From a virus (Duplodnaviria > Caudoviricetes): 28,794 nucleotides of DNA. The position numbers and the translations under genes were made by a program. The stretch covers positions 1 to 28,794 of the IMG/VR virus record IMGVR_UViG_3300016476_000766; one strand, written 5' to 3'. Positions within the stretch are counted from its first letter, which is position 1. Each line of letters begins with the position of its first letter. The notes under the pieces are model-generated. The model did no database searches, was not told the DNA's origin, and saw only the letters and a list, made by a program, of their open reading frames with translations. Below are positions 18,143 to 25,340 of the stretch, piece after piece.

Positions 18143-18254
18143 CAGGTTCGGCTACTGCTGCCGCTGGTGTTTCCCTTCACTTTGCCGGACCTGTTGTCCC
18201 TCCACCGATTCCCTGCGTGGGCGAACTGCGGGTTGAGTCGGTGGAGGGACTTTT
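18143..18254 (+). ncRNA. Putative trans-acting antisense sRNA
   Basis: -10-like TACTGT (18131-18136); stem CAGGTTCGGC/GCCGGACCTG enclosing a 31-nt loop; terminator hairpin GTCCCTCCACCGA/TCGGTGGAGGGAC + TTTT; loop complementary to 22030-22046 and 24345-24392. Confidence 0.65.
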
Positions 18255-18272
18255 GCGGTGAGGAGGTTTGGT

Positions 18273-18491
18273 GTGAGTTGTGTTGATTGGTCTTCTGTGG
18301 AGGCTGGTGTGCCGGTGCGTGTGCGTGGTTTGCGCGGTCAGTTTGTGTTCCGTCGTGTTGATCGGAATGGGGACGTTGAGGTGTATGGCGGGTCGAATGG
18401 TCGGTTGATGGTGAGGACGTTTTCGGCGGGTCGTGTGCACACAAAACTTTTTCGAATGTGCACAAAATGTGCACAAAACGCCTCGTCGTAA
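18273..18491 (+). CDS. Small hypothetical beta-rich protein
   Basis: GAGGAGG RBS before GTG 18273; VRVRGLRGQFVFRRV...VEVYGG; 3' end runs into att arm repeats. Confidence 0.6.
   Translation: MSCVDWSSVEAGVPVRVRGLRGQFVFRRVDRNGDVEVYGGSNGRLMVRTFSAGRVHTKLFRMCTKCAQNASS
18456..18478 (+). repeat. Integrase arm-type sites (left), tandem ATGTGCACAAA x2
   Basis: Identical 23-nt block recurs at 18679-18701; a degenerate copy at ~18433. Confidence 0.75.
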
Positions 18492-18523
18492 CGCTCTGAC
18501 CTGCACTTTTGACGCCAACTTAT

Positions 18524-18571
18524 AGAGGCCTGCAAAGCCTTGTACAGCGGTTCGATTCCGCTCGCCGCCTC
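18524..18571 (+). other. attP core: 3' half of tRNA-Cys(GCA)
   Basis: Anticodon arm GAGGC-CTGCAAA-GCCTT, T arm AGCGG-TTCGATT-CCGCT, acceptor strand CGCCGCC + T discriminator; no 5' half/D arm upstream; adjacent to integrase. Confidence 0.88.
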
Positions 18572-18575
18572 AACG

Positions 18576-18607
18576 AGAAAACCCTGCAAAAATGCGGGGT
18601 TTTCTTG
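18576..18607 (+). terminator. Terminator restoring tRNA termination after integration
   Basis: AGAAAACCCTGCA-AAAA-TGCGGGGTTTTCT hairpin with T-rich tail. Confidence 0.75.
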
Positions 18608-18678
18608 CTTTTTCGGCATGTTTCGCAAAATGCGTTTTGACCTCCATAGCCCCCGATTCACCGTTTTTTACCGTTAAG

Positions 18679-18701
18679 ATGTGCACAAAATGTGCACAAA
18701 A
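18679..18701 (+). repeat. Integrase arm-type sites (right), tandem ATGTGCACAAA x2
   Basis: Direct repeat of 18456-18478 on the other side of the att core. Confidence 0.75.
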
Positions 18702-18733
18702 AATGAGCGGCAGAAAATGGATGAGGTGCCCGA

Positions 18734-19834
18734 ATGAGTGTCAAGAAACTCGCAGACGGCAAATGGCAGGTTCGGTGGAGAGAAAGTGACGGAAGTCAAC
18801 GCGCCCGCCGCTTCCGCACCAAAGCCGAAGCGACAGCGTTCGAAGCCACCACGATGGCCTCGATACGGTCCGGAAAGTACGTCTCGACCGCCACTGAGAC
18901 CGGCACCAGCGTTGCCGAACTGGCTGAGCAGTGGCTGGCAGCATCTATCCACCTCGCCGCTGGCACGTTGCACACCTATCGGCGCGACCTCGACCGATAC
19001 ATACTCCCCCAGTTCGCAACCTGGCGACTTCGCGATGTTAGCCCAGAGGCGGTGCAACAGTTTTTAGTGCGCGAATTGAAAACGTTGGCACCGTCGAGTG
19101 TGCATCGCCACTATCGAACATTGCGAACAATGTTTGAGTGGGCACGCGCGGCGAAGATGGTTGCATCGAATCCGTGTGACACGGTACGTCCACCGAAACT
19201 GACACGCGACGAACCAAACTTTTTAACTGTCGAACAGGTTGACGCGTTGGCTGATGCGATGCCTGAGCGATATCGCGCACTTGTGTATGTCGGTGCTTAC
19301 GGTGGGCTTCGCTTCGGCGAGTTGTGTGGTTTACGTCGCAGCAATGTTGACGGTAACAAGGTGACAGTTGTTGAGCAGTTGTCGTGGCGTAACGGTGTGA
19401 TGTTTCGTGAGCCGCCGAAAACGTCGTCGTCGCGTCGCACCGTTCCATTGCCGTCATCGATCGCCGACATGCTTGACGGACATCTCCGACAGTTTTCGCA
19501 GCCTGGACCGGATGGCATCGTGTTTACGAATAAAGCGAACAATCCGATATCGCCGAGTTTCCGCACGAACGTTTGGAGGCCTGCATGTTTTCGTGCTGGT
19601 CTTGCGTCTCGTGTGCGTGTCGGTTCGTCGTGGAAGTACGAAAACGCCCCAAAAATTCACGATTTGCGGCATACTGCGGTGGCGTTGGCGATCGCTGCTG
19701 GAGCGCATCCGAAACAAATTCAAGCGCGGTTAGGTCACTCGACTATCACGACGACGTTGAATACGTATGGTCATTTGTTTGCGACTCTTGACGACGATTT
19801 GACGGATCGTCTTGACGCCTTGAGAGAAAAATAA
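18734..19834 (+). CDS. int: Tyrosine integrase
   Basis: N-terminal arm-binding WQVRWR..F.TKAEA; GLRFGEL, HDLRHT, LGHS, TLNTYGHL catalytic motifs. Confidence 0.96.
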   Translation: MSVKKLADGKWQVRWRESDGSQRARRFRTKAEATAFEATTMASIRSGKYVSTATETGTSVAELAEQWLAASIHLAAGTLHTYRRDLDRYILPQFATWRLRDVSPEAVQQFLVRELKTLAPSSVHRHYRTLRTMFEWARAAKMVASNPCDTVRPPKLTRDEPNFLTVEQVDALADAMPERYRALVYVGAYGGLRFGELCGLRRSNVDGNKVTVVEQLSWRNGVMFREPPKTSSSRRTVPLPSSIADMLDGHLRQFSQPGPDGIVFTNKANNPISPSFRTNVWRPACFRAGLASRVRVGSSWKYENAPKIHDLRHTAVALAIAAGAHPKQIQARLGHSTITTTLNTYGHLFATLDDDLTDRLDALREK

Positions 19835-19895
19835 CTTACGAAAAAAGTTTGATGTCAGTCCGACGATTGTCACACCGGTCTATTAGCGTGCCGCC

Positions 19896-20117
19896 ATGCC
19901 CACTCCACATCACGCAATCGATATGGTGCGAGCACTTGGCGCGATGGCCGATCTCGCAGGAACTAACGAAACGCGACTTGTTCTGCTAGCGATTACCGCG
20001 CGGTCTTTTCGCGATTCCCTTAGCACCTTTGAACGTGCGGAAAACATTAAGCAGGGCATGCCGCTGTTCGACAGTGAGGTCGGGATCAGTAGTGATCGCC
20101 ATCTCGATGCTTGCTGA
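19896..20117 (+). CDS. Hypothetical protein, convergently overlapping the repressor 3' end
   Basis: TAGCGT -10-like hexamer 6 nt before ATG (leaderless layout); no recognisable motif. Confidence 0.3.
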   Translation: MPTPHHAIDMVRALGAMADLAGTNETRLVLLAITARSFRDSLSTFERAENIKQGMPLFDSEVGISSDRHLDAC

Positions 20118-20387
20118 CCCCGACGTATTTACTGGCACATATCCGAGATATGCAGACAATGCGCCTGGTGCTACACCGAGCCGCTTTTCGATCTCACGCA
20201 CCTGCGGACGCGACGGTTCACGCACCCCGTTGATCCAACGGTTGACAGTACGACGCGCCGATTCCGGTTTGTCAGCGCCGGTGAGGGCAAAAAGGACATC
20301 GATCTCGACATGCGCGTCGGCGATGGCGACGGCGAGTGCATTGCCGAACGCCTTTCGCTGCTGCGCTGACGAATTACGTTCACTCAT
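19986..20387 (-). CDS. Immunity repressor, XRE-family HTH
   Basis: TVNRWINGVREPSRPQVREIEKRLGV HTH; C-terminal AITTDPDLT..QR.ALL; only - strand gene, divergent from Cro/Xis. Confidence 0.85.
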   Translation of the reverse strand: MSERNSSAQQRKAFGNALAVAIADAHVEIDVLFALTGADKPESARRTVNRWINGVREPSRPQVREIEKRLGVAPGALSAYLGYVPVNTSGSASIEMAITTDPDLTVEQRHALLNVFRTFKGAKGIAKRPRGNR

Positions 20388-20397
20388 TTCAAAGGCC

Positions 20398-20481
20398 AGT
20401 CTAGGCCGGTCCGGACCACTTTAGTCATTTTGGACCAAAAAAGGTTGCATTGGACCAAAACGGTCCACTAGTTTGACTGGC
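20398..20481. promoter_or_regulatory. Lysis/lysogeny switch: divergent promoters and operators
   Basis: Rightward TTGCAT (20445)-18 bp-TAGTTT (20469) before leaderless ATG 20482; palindrome TGGACC-N5-GGTCCA (20451-20467) in the spacer; GGACCA half-sites at ~20-bp spacing; leftward -10 TAGACT (20403-20398). Confidence 0.7.
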
Positions 20482-20694
20482 ATGCAACAAACCTTTGCCA
20501 GCCAGCGTCTACTCACCGTCGAAGGACTATCGAATTACCTCGGTTTAACCGAGCGATACATACGCCGCCTCGTTGCTGAAGATCGCATACCGGTCACACG
20601 CATCGGACGCGGCAAATTGTTTTTCGATGTCGAAGCCATCGACCGGTGGGTGAGTCGCTCAACAACTCAACCGATGAAAGGCAGCATCAAATGA
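20482..20694 (+). CDS. Excisionase/Cro-like HTH_17 DNA-binding protein
   Basis: LLTVEGLSNYLGLTERYIRRLVAEDRIP...FDVEAIDRW. Confidence 0.85.
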   Translation: MQQTFASQRLLTVEGLSNYLGLTERYIRRLVAEDRIPVTRIGRGKLFFDVEAIDRWVSRSTTQPMKGSIK

Positions 20695-21032
20695 ACCTCA
20701 GATGTGTACTTTGCCGCGCTCAATTTGCAGGCACACCCGAAGAACAGGTTGCGCTTTTCAACGCGCATCCGTGCAACAAAGTTGAGCAGTTACGACGCGC
20801 AGAAATTGCTGCCGCACGCAAACGACATCCGTCGGCGCGACAGCACACAATGAACGTTGCTTCGTCAACGATTTCAACAATCGTGTCGATCGCAGCATTG
20901 TTCGTTGCGCTCATCGCAGTGAACTGGCTGCTCGGTGAAGGTGCGCGACACATCAGTGTTGTCGCAGCGATCACGGTCGCTGTCGCCGCATCGTTCGTGT
21001 GGCTCGTAACACAGATGAGTGTCGAGTCGTGA
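20691..21032 (+). CDS. Hypothetical membrane protein with N-terminal CxxC..HxC
   Basis: ATGA coupling; two C-terminal TM helices. Confidence 0.7.
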   Translation: MNLRCVLCRAQFAGTPEEQVALFNAHPCNKVEQLRRAEIAAARKRHPSARQHTMNVASSTISTIVSIAALFVALIAVNWLLGEGARHISVVAAITVAVAASFVWLVTQMSVES

Positions 21033-21136
21033 GCCAGTACGACAACGACCTACCCGACTGGATGATTTATGCACTCGTCGCATTCATCGTCGGCACTTTC
21101 GCCGCCTGGGTTTTCTTTGTGAATGGAACTCTGTGA
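21029..21136 (+). CDS. Small single-TM protein (35 aa, not in ORF track)
   Basis: MSQYDNDLPDWMIYALVAFIVGTFAAWVFFVNGTL; GTGA and TGATG coupling on both sides. Confidence 0.6.
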   Translation: MSQYDNDLPDWMIYALVAFIVGTFAAWVFFVNGTL

Positions 21137-21471
21137 TGACGAATCGACATAAACAAAAAGGTTCACGTGCTGAACGTGAAGTCGCCGACTATCTGCTCTC
21201 GCTCGGTATCCCTTGCGAAAGAATTCCGGCCGGAGCGTCAGCCGATCGCGGTGATCTGTGGGTGCCGATTATCGAATTTCCGACAATCGATGTCAAAAAC
21301 CATGCGGCACTCGATCTTGCATCGTGGGTTGATCGTGCCGTTGAACAATCACAAAACGCTGGACGTGTCGCCGGAGTTGTCTGGCACAAACGGCGCGGCA
21401 AAACGTCACCAGCCGACTGGTACGTGACAACGACGGGACACAACTTTCTGAAACTTTTAGGAGTCAGATAA
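21136..21471 (+). CDS. Holliday junction resolvase (Hjc-like PD-(D/E)XK)
   Basis: KQKGSRAEREVADYL, DRGDL, IDVKN, VWHKRRG motifs. Confidence 0.85.
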   Translation: MTNRHKQKGSRAEREVADYLLSLGIPCERIPAGASADRGDLWVPIIEFPTIDVKNHAALDLASWVDRAVEQSQNAGRVAGVVWHKRRGKTSPADWYVTTTGHNFLKLLGVR

Positions 21472-21683
21472 TGAACGAACGACGTATCGAATCGTTAATC
21501 GAAACTTTGACCGCAGCGGCAGCGGAACTCGCTCATGAAGACGCGCGAGTTGAACCGGAACTTTTACTTGACGCAGTCGAGTTAGTGAACGGTTTGCAAA
21601 TGGAAATCGTAAATTTGGAAGCGATTTGTTCCAATCAGCGTGCCGAACTGCAACGCCTACGCAGTTACGAGGGCACGTACTAA
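21471..21683 (+). CDS. Hypothetical coiled-coil protein
   Basis: AGGAG RBS; TAATG coupling on both sides. Confidence 0.7.
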   Translation: MNERRIESLIETLTAAAAELAHEDARVEPELLLDAVELVNGLQMEIVNLEAICSNQRAELQRLRSYEGTY

Positions 21684-22051
21684 TGGAACCTGATTTGTAT
21701 CGCCCAGTCGGCGACTGGGCAGAACGTGCAGCTTGCAAAGGAATGACCGACGTGTTTTTCCCTGCACGCAAAGACCAGCACAAAGTGCGCATCGCTCAAC
21801 AAGTGTGCGGATCATGCCAGGTGCATGCGGAATGTTTCGATCACGCATTGCATAACTGGGAACGGTACGGAATCCGTGCCGGTCTCGGACCAAAGAAACT
21901 GTCGAAAGAACGCATCAAACGAGGCATCGATGTGAGACAAACCGGCGAGTTAGCGCACGGCACACGATCCAAATATGTGCGCGGATGTCGATGCGAAGCA
22001 TGTCGCGAAGCGCAGAAGACCTATCAAAAAAAGTGGAGGGAAACACGATGA
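21683..22051 (+). CDS. whiB: WhiB-family transcription factor with C-terminal HGT..Y..CRC..C motif
   Basis: W..RAAC, FF, CxxCxV..EC..HAL four-Cys pattern; YGIRAG at the GxWGG turn. Confidence 0.85.
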   Translation: MEPDLYRPVGDWAERAACKGMTDVFFPARKDQHKVRIAQQVCGSCQVHAECFDHALHNWERYGIRAGLGPKKLSKERIKRGIDVRQTGELAHGTRSKYVRGCRCEACREAQKTYQKKWRETR

Positions 22052-23649
22052 ACACAATCACTGATGACCTTTTAGTTGAAAAGGTGCGACGTGACCGGTG
22101 GGGACGATACGTCGTCGTTCCACCAGAAGGCACAAAACCTGTCGGGTACACACGCGCAACAACCGTCGCGAAAGTTTTAGATGACCAAGGCGGTTTGATG
22201 AACTGGCGGTCGCGGATGGTGCTGCTCGGTGTGACACAACGAGCCGATCTGCTCGCGCTCGCAGCGACATGCGACCCGACTGACAAACGCACACTCGACG
22301 ACATTTGCGAACGTGCCGCCGAAGCGGGAGGTGCGACCGTGCGCCGCGACCTCGGCACCGCTTTGCACGCAATGTTGGAACGACGATGGCAAGACCCACA
22401 GTTCATCGCACCGCAACCGTACGACGCAGACATCGACGCTGTCATCACCGCACTACAAACAGCAGGACTGACCGTCGTCGACGGACTGTTTGAACGTATT
22501 GTCGTCAACGACCGCTATCAGATCGCAGGAACATTCGACCTGATAGTCGAGGACACAACAGGAGAGCGATACATCGCAGACATCAAAACGGGATCGTCGA
22601 TCGAGTTCGGATCGTTAGCGTTCGCTATACAACTAGCGATCTACGCCAACGCTGACAACCTGTACACACAAGGGCAAGCGAACGACGGTTCTGAAGATGT
22701 GCGCGAACCGATGCCGCAACTGTCGAAACAGACAGGCATCATCATTCACGTTGAGCCTGGATCGGCGACGTGCACAATTCACAGTCTTGACTTGATCGCA
22801 GGCGCAGACGCACTCGATCTCGCCATGCGAGTACGTGAGATACGTAAAACAAAACCGATCACGAAATGGACACCGACCGTCACTCCAATATCGACCGAAG
22901 TTGCTGTCGAAATGGTCAAACGGCATTTTCCAGGCGCAGAAACTGTCGACGAAGAACCGGTAGTTGACGACGACTGGCGCGACTGGGCGCGTGTCTGCAT
23001 CAAACAAATCATCGACGCAGGACTGAAAGAACAAATCAAACAGGCATGGCCGACAGGCGTCCCCACCCTCGCATCAGGTAAACCGATCACACTCACGCAA
23101 GGGAAACTGCTCGCCGACACCATCAGCGAAATCGGCAAAGAACAACAACTGCCGTTTTTCCCACCGGAACCTGGCAAACCAACATTTGAGGATCAGCCGC
23201 GACCCAAACCGAACGTCAAATCAAAATTTGACGACGACATCATGGTGACCGGCAGAACACTCACACAATTAGCGAAAACAGTTGAACAACTCGACTACAA
23301 CGAAAAGAAATTTCTTGACCGATGGTCGACACAATGCGCGCAACGAGGAGTGTCAATAGCGATCAACGGTGTTAAAGGAATACCGTCGACGCGACGAGTC
23401 AAAATATGTTCACTGCTCGCATCGCTCGCAGTGCACGACGACGACAGCGTCCTCACCGCAGTCATTCATGAAACAACAGGCGACACGAAACGGTCGCTTG
23501 TTATGCAACTCGGATCGCTCACAGAGCAGCAAGCCGAGCATGCGTTACAGATCGCCAACGGGATCAACAACGGCAGCGTCGTTCTCACATGGGACGACGA
23601 AGGGTTGTGTGTCCTCACCGGTGAAATACCCGCCGCACCAGCGGCCTAA
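22048..23649 (+). CDS. Cas4/RecE-like PD-(D/E)XK exonuclease with long C-terminal extension
   Basis: RDRWGRY, YTRATT, LGTALH, AGTFD, IADIKTG, QLAIYA; GGAGG RBS. Confidence 0.85.
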   Translation: MNTITDDLLVEKVRRDRWGRYVVVPPEGTKPVGYTRATTVAKVLDDQGGLMNWRSRMVLLGVTQRADLLALAATCDPTDKRTLDDICERAAEAGGATVRRDLGTALHAMLERRWQDPQFIAPQPYDADIDAVITALQTAGLTVVDGLFERIVVNDRYQIAGTFDLIVEDTTGERYIADIKTGSSIEFGSLAFAIQLAIYANADNLYTQGQANDGSEDVREPMPQLSKQTGIIIHVEPGSATCTIHSLDLIAGADALDLAMRVREIRKTKPITKWTPTVTPISTEVAVEMVKRHFPGAETVDEEPVVDDDWRDWARVCIKQIIDAGLKEQIKQAWPTGVPTLASGKPITLTQGKLLADTISEIGKEQQLPFFPPEPGKPTFEDQPRPKPNVKSKFDDDIMVTGRTLTQLAKTVEQLDYNEKKFLDRWSTQCAQRGVSIAINGVKGIPSTRRVKICSLLASLAVHDDDSVLTAVIHETTGDTKRSLVMQLGSLTEQQAEHALQIANGINNGSVVLTWDDEGLCVLTGEIPAAPAA

Positions 23650-23677
23650 CCAAAAAACAAAGAAGGAGAACACTCAA

Positions 23678-24097
23678 ATGAGTATCGACATCACAAACGA
23701 ACTACTCACCACCGGCACACCGGCAGTGAAATTCGAACAAGAAGGTGACGTGCGCAAAATCAAAATTGCAGACGTCACAAAACAACAAGAAACCGACTTT
23801 GACACCGGCGAACTGATCACATGGCCGAACGGACAACCGAAATATCAGTTCGTCATCACCGGCACCGTCAACGGTGAAGAGTCGCGACTGTTCGTCAAGG
23901 GATACATGGTCGACGCGTTACGCGACGCGCTACGCAAAGCGGACGTAAAACCTGGCGACTCGCTCGCCGGTGGAACTCTCACAATCAAATGGGACAGCAC
24001 CGACGAACCGCGCCGCAAAGGCATGAACGGTGCACGCCGCTACGTCGCAAAATACGAACCGGCACCAGCCGGACTCGTCGACGACGACCTCATCTGA
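23678..24097 (+). CDS. Single-stranded DNA-binding protein (actinophage type)
   Basis: KFEQEGD, QETDFDTG..W.NG.PK.Q.VIT, RLFVKG, acidic-hydrophobic C-terminus DDDLI; AAGGAG RBS. Confidence 0.75.
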   Translation: MSIDITNELLTTGTPAVKFEQEGDVRKIKIADVTKQQETDFDTGELITWPNGQPKYQFVITGTVNGEESRLFVKGYMVDALRDALRKADVKPGDSLAGGTLTIKWDSTDEPRRKGMNGARRYVAKYEPAPAGLVDDDLI

Positions 24098-24111
24098 CCA
24101 CGCCCACACTC

Positions 24112-24146
24112 GGACCGGATCAGTCCGCACCCGACTGATCCGGTCC
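24112..24146. repeat. Perfect 14-bp inverted repeat after SSB
   Basis: GGACCGGATCAGTC-CGCACCC-GACTGATCCGGTCC. Confidence 0.7.
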
Positions 24147-24167
24147 ACAACAACAGAAAAAAGACCT

Positions 24168-24347
24168 ATGGAAACACGCATCTACATCACGCGACGTCCA
24201 CGCGAACACGGCTACTTCGTCGAACTCACGAAGGGTGCAGACCGAATGGACATCACCAAAACCGACACGCACTACGACGCACTCATGGCCGCTAACGGCA
24301 TCGCCGCATGGTCAGGACTCCGAGTGTTCGACCTCACCAGCCAATGA
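24168..24347 (+). CDS. Hypothetical protein (59 aa)
   Basis: METRIYITRR...; fills gap in operon. Confidence 0.6.
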   Translation: METRIYITRRPREHGYFVELTKGADRMDITKTDTHYDALMAANGIAAWSGLRVFDLTSQ

Positions 24348-24360
24348 AAAGGAAACACAC

Positions 24361-24855
24361 ATGAAACGAAAACGAACAGCCGCAGCAGTCGCGATCACGC
24401 TCGGAACGCTCACAACAACCGTCACCATCGCACTCGCACAACAACAACCAAAAACAGTCACAACATCAACAACAACGATTCAAAACCATTATGACCTGCA
24501 CGTCGCACAACAAAACGCACAAAAAGAACTTGACACGTTCCTCACATCATTAACAACAACGACAACAACACTCAAAACACTGCCCGCACGCACCATCACA
24601 GAACCATCCGGTGACATATGGGACCAACTCGCCTACTGCGAATGCGGCGGCAACTGGGGATGCAACACAGGAAACGGCTACTTCGGCGGACTGCAATTCA
24701 CCGCAACCGCATGGACCGGATTCGGCGGCGAAGAATTCGCAACACACGCACACCTCGCCACACGCGAACAACAAATCGTTATCGGCGAACGAATCCTCAA
24801 CCGGATGGGATGGGGAGCATGGCCAGGATGCACTCGAAAGATGGGACTGCGATGA
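24361..24855 (+). CDS. rpf: Secreted resuscitation-promoting factor (Rpf lytic transglycosylase)
   Basis: Sec-type signal MKRKRT-hydrophobic-ALA; Thr-rich linker; WDQLAYCECGGNW.CNTGNGYFGGLQF...W...GG...ATREQQI..GERIL...GWGAWPGC matches the Rpf domain with catalytic Glu. Confidence 0.92.
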   Translation: MKRKRTAAAVAITLGTLTTTVTIALAQQQPKTVTTSTTTIQNHYDLHVAQQNAQKELDTFLTSLTTTTTTLKTLPARTITEPSGDIWDQLAYCECGGNWGCNTGNGYFGGLQFTATAWTGFGGEEFATHAHLATREQQIVIGERILNRMGWGAWPGCTRKMGLR

Positions 24856-25340
24856 CCAACACATCAACACTCATCGAACAACTACGCGGCGGCATCACCT
24901 GCGAACAATGCGGACACCAAAACGACGAACACGAAACATTGCACGAAGCCGCAAACATCATCGACGAACTATCAGAACGAGAAGACGCAAAAAATTACAA
25001 AACGTGGATGCATCTCGAAACCCACGCCATCCAACTATCCGGAAACGAAAACTTTTCGCAACTCATCGCTCTACTACAAAACAAAACACACAACGACAAC
25101 GGCGACATCAACGCACTTCTGTTCCTACGAAACCTCATCGATCAACTGCACGACACAACAGAACAAAACAGGCAACTACAAAAACAAATTCGCGACATCA
25201 AAAACATTCCAACACCCACAGTGCCACTCGAAAGAATCCGCACAGCGTCAAAACAGCCGAACAGCGACGTCGTATGGCTACAAACCGCAATCGACTACAT
25301 CGACGAACTACACAACCACATCAACGGAGCGAACCAATGA
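24852..25340 (+). CDS. Hypothetical protein (CxxC, coiled coil)
   Basis: ATGA coupling; LHEAANIIDEL pattern. Confidence 0.65.
   Translation: MTNTSTLIEQLRGGITCEQCGHQNDEHETLHEAANIIDELSEREDAKNYKTWMHLETHAIQLSGNENFSQLIALLQNKTHNDNGDINALLFLRNLIDQLHDTTEQNRQLQKQIRDIKNIPTPTVPLERIRTASKQPNSDVVWLQTAIDYIDELHNHINGANQ

Noticed and set aside
18030-18254. Mini CRISPR array, given a Cas4-like nuclease elsewhere
   Set aside because: Repeats are only short partial matches without regular spacers; no cas operon; solo Cas4-like nucleases are common phage recombination genes
17489-18518. Minus-strand ORFs 17489-18121, 18142-18474, 18177-18518
   Set aside because: Low-complexity shadows of GT-rich + strand genes and RNA elements; no RBS or motif support
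18524-18571. Functional phage tRNA-Cys gene
   Set aside because: No 5' acceptor strand or D arm; it is an att core
18592-18789. ORF sharing MCTKCAQ with ORF 18273, suggesting a repeated Zn motif
   Set aside because: The shared peptide is just the translation of the integrase arm repeats
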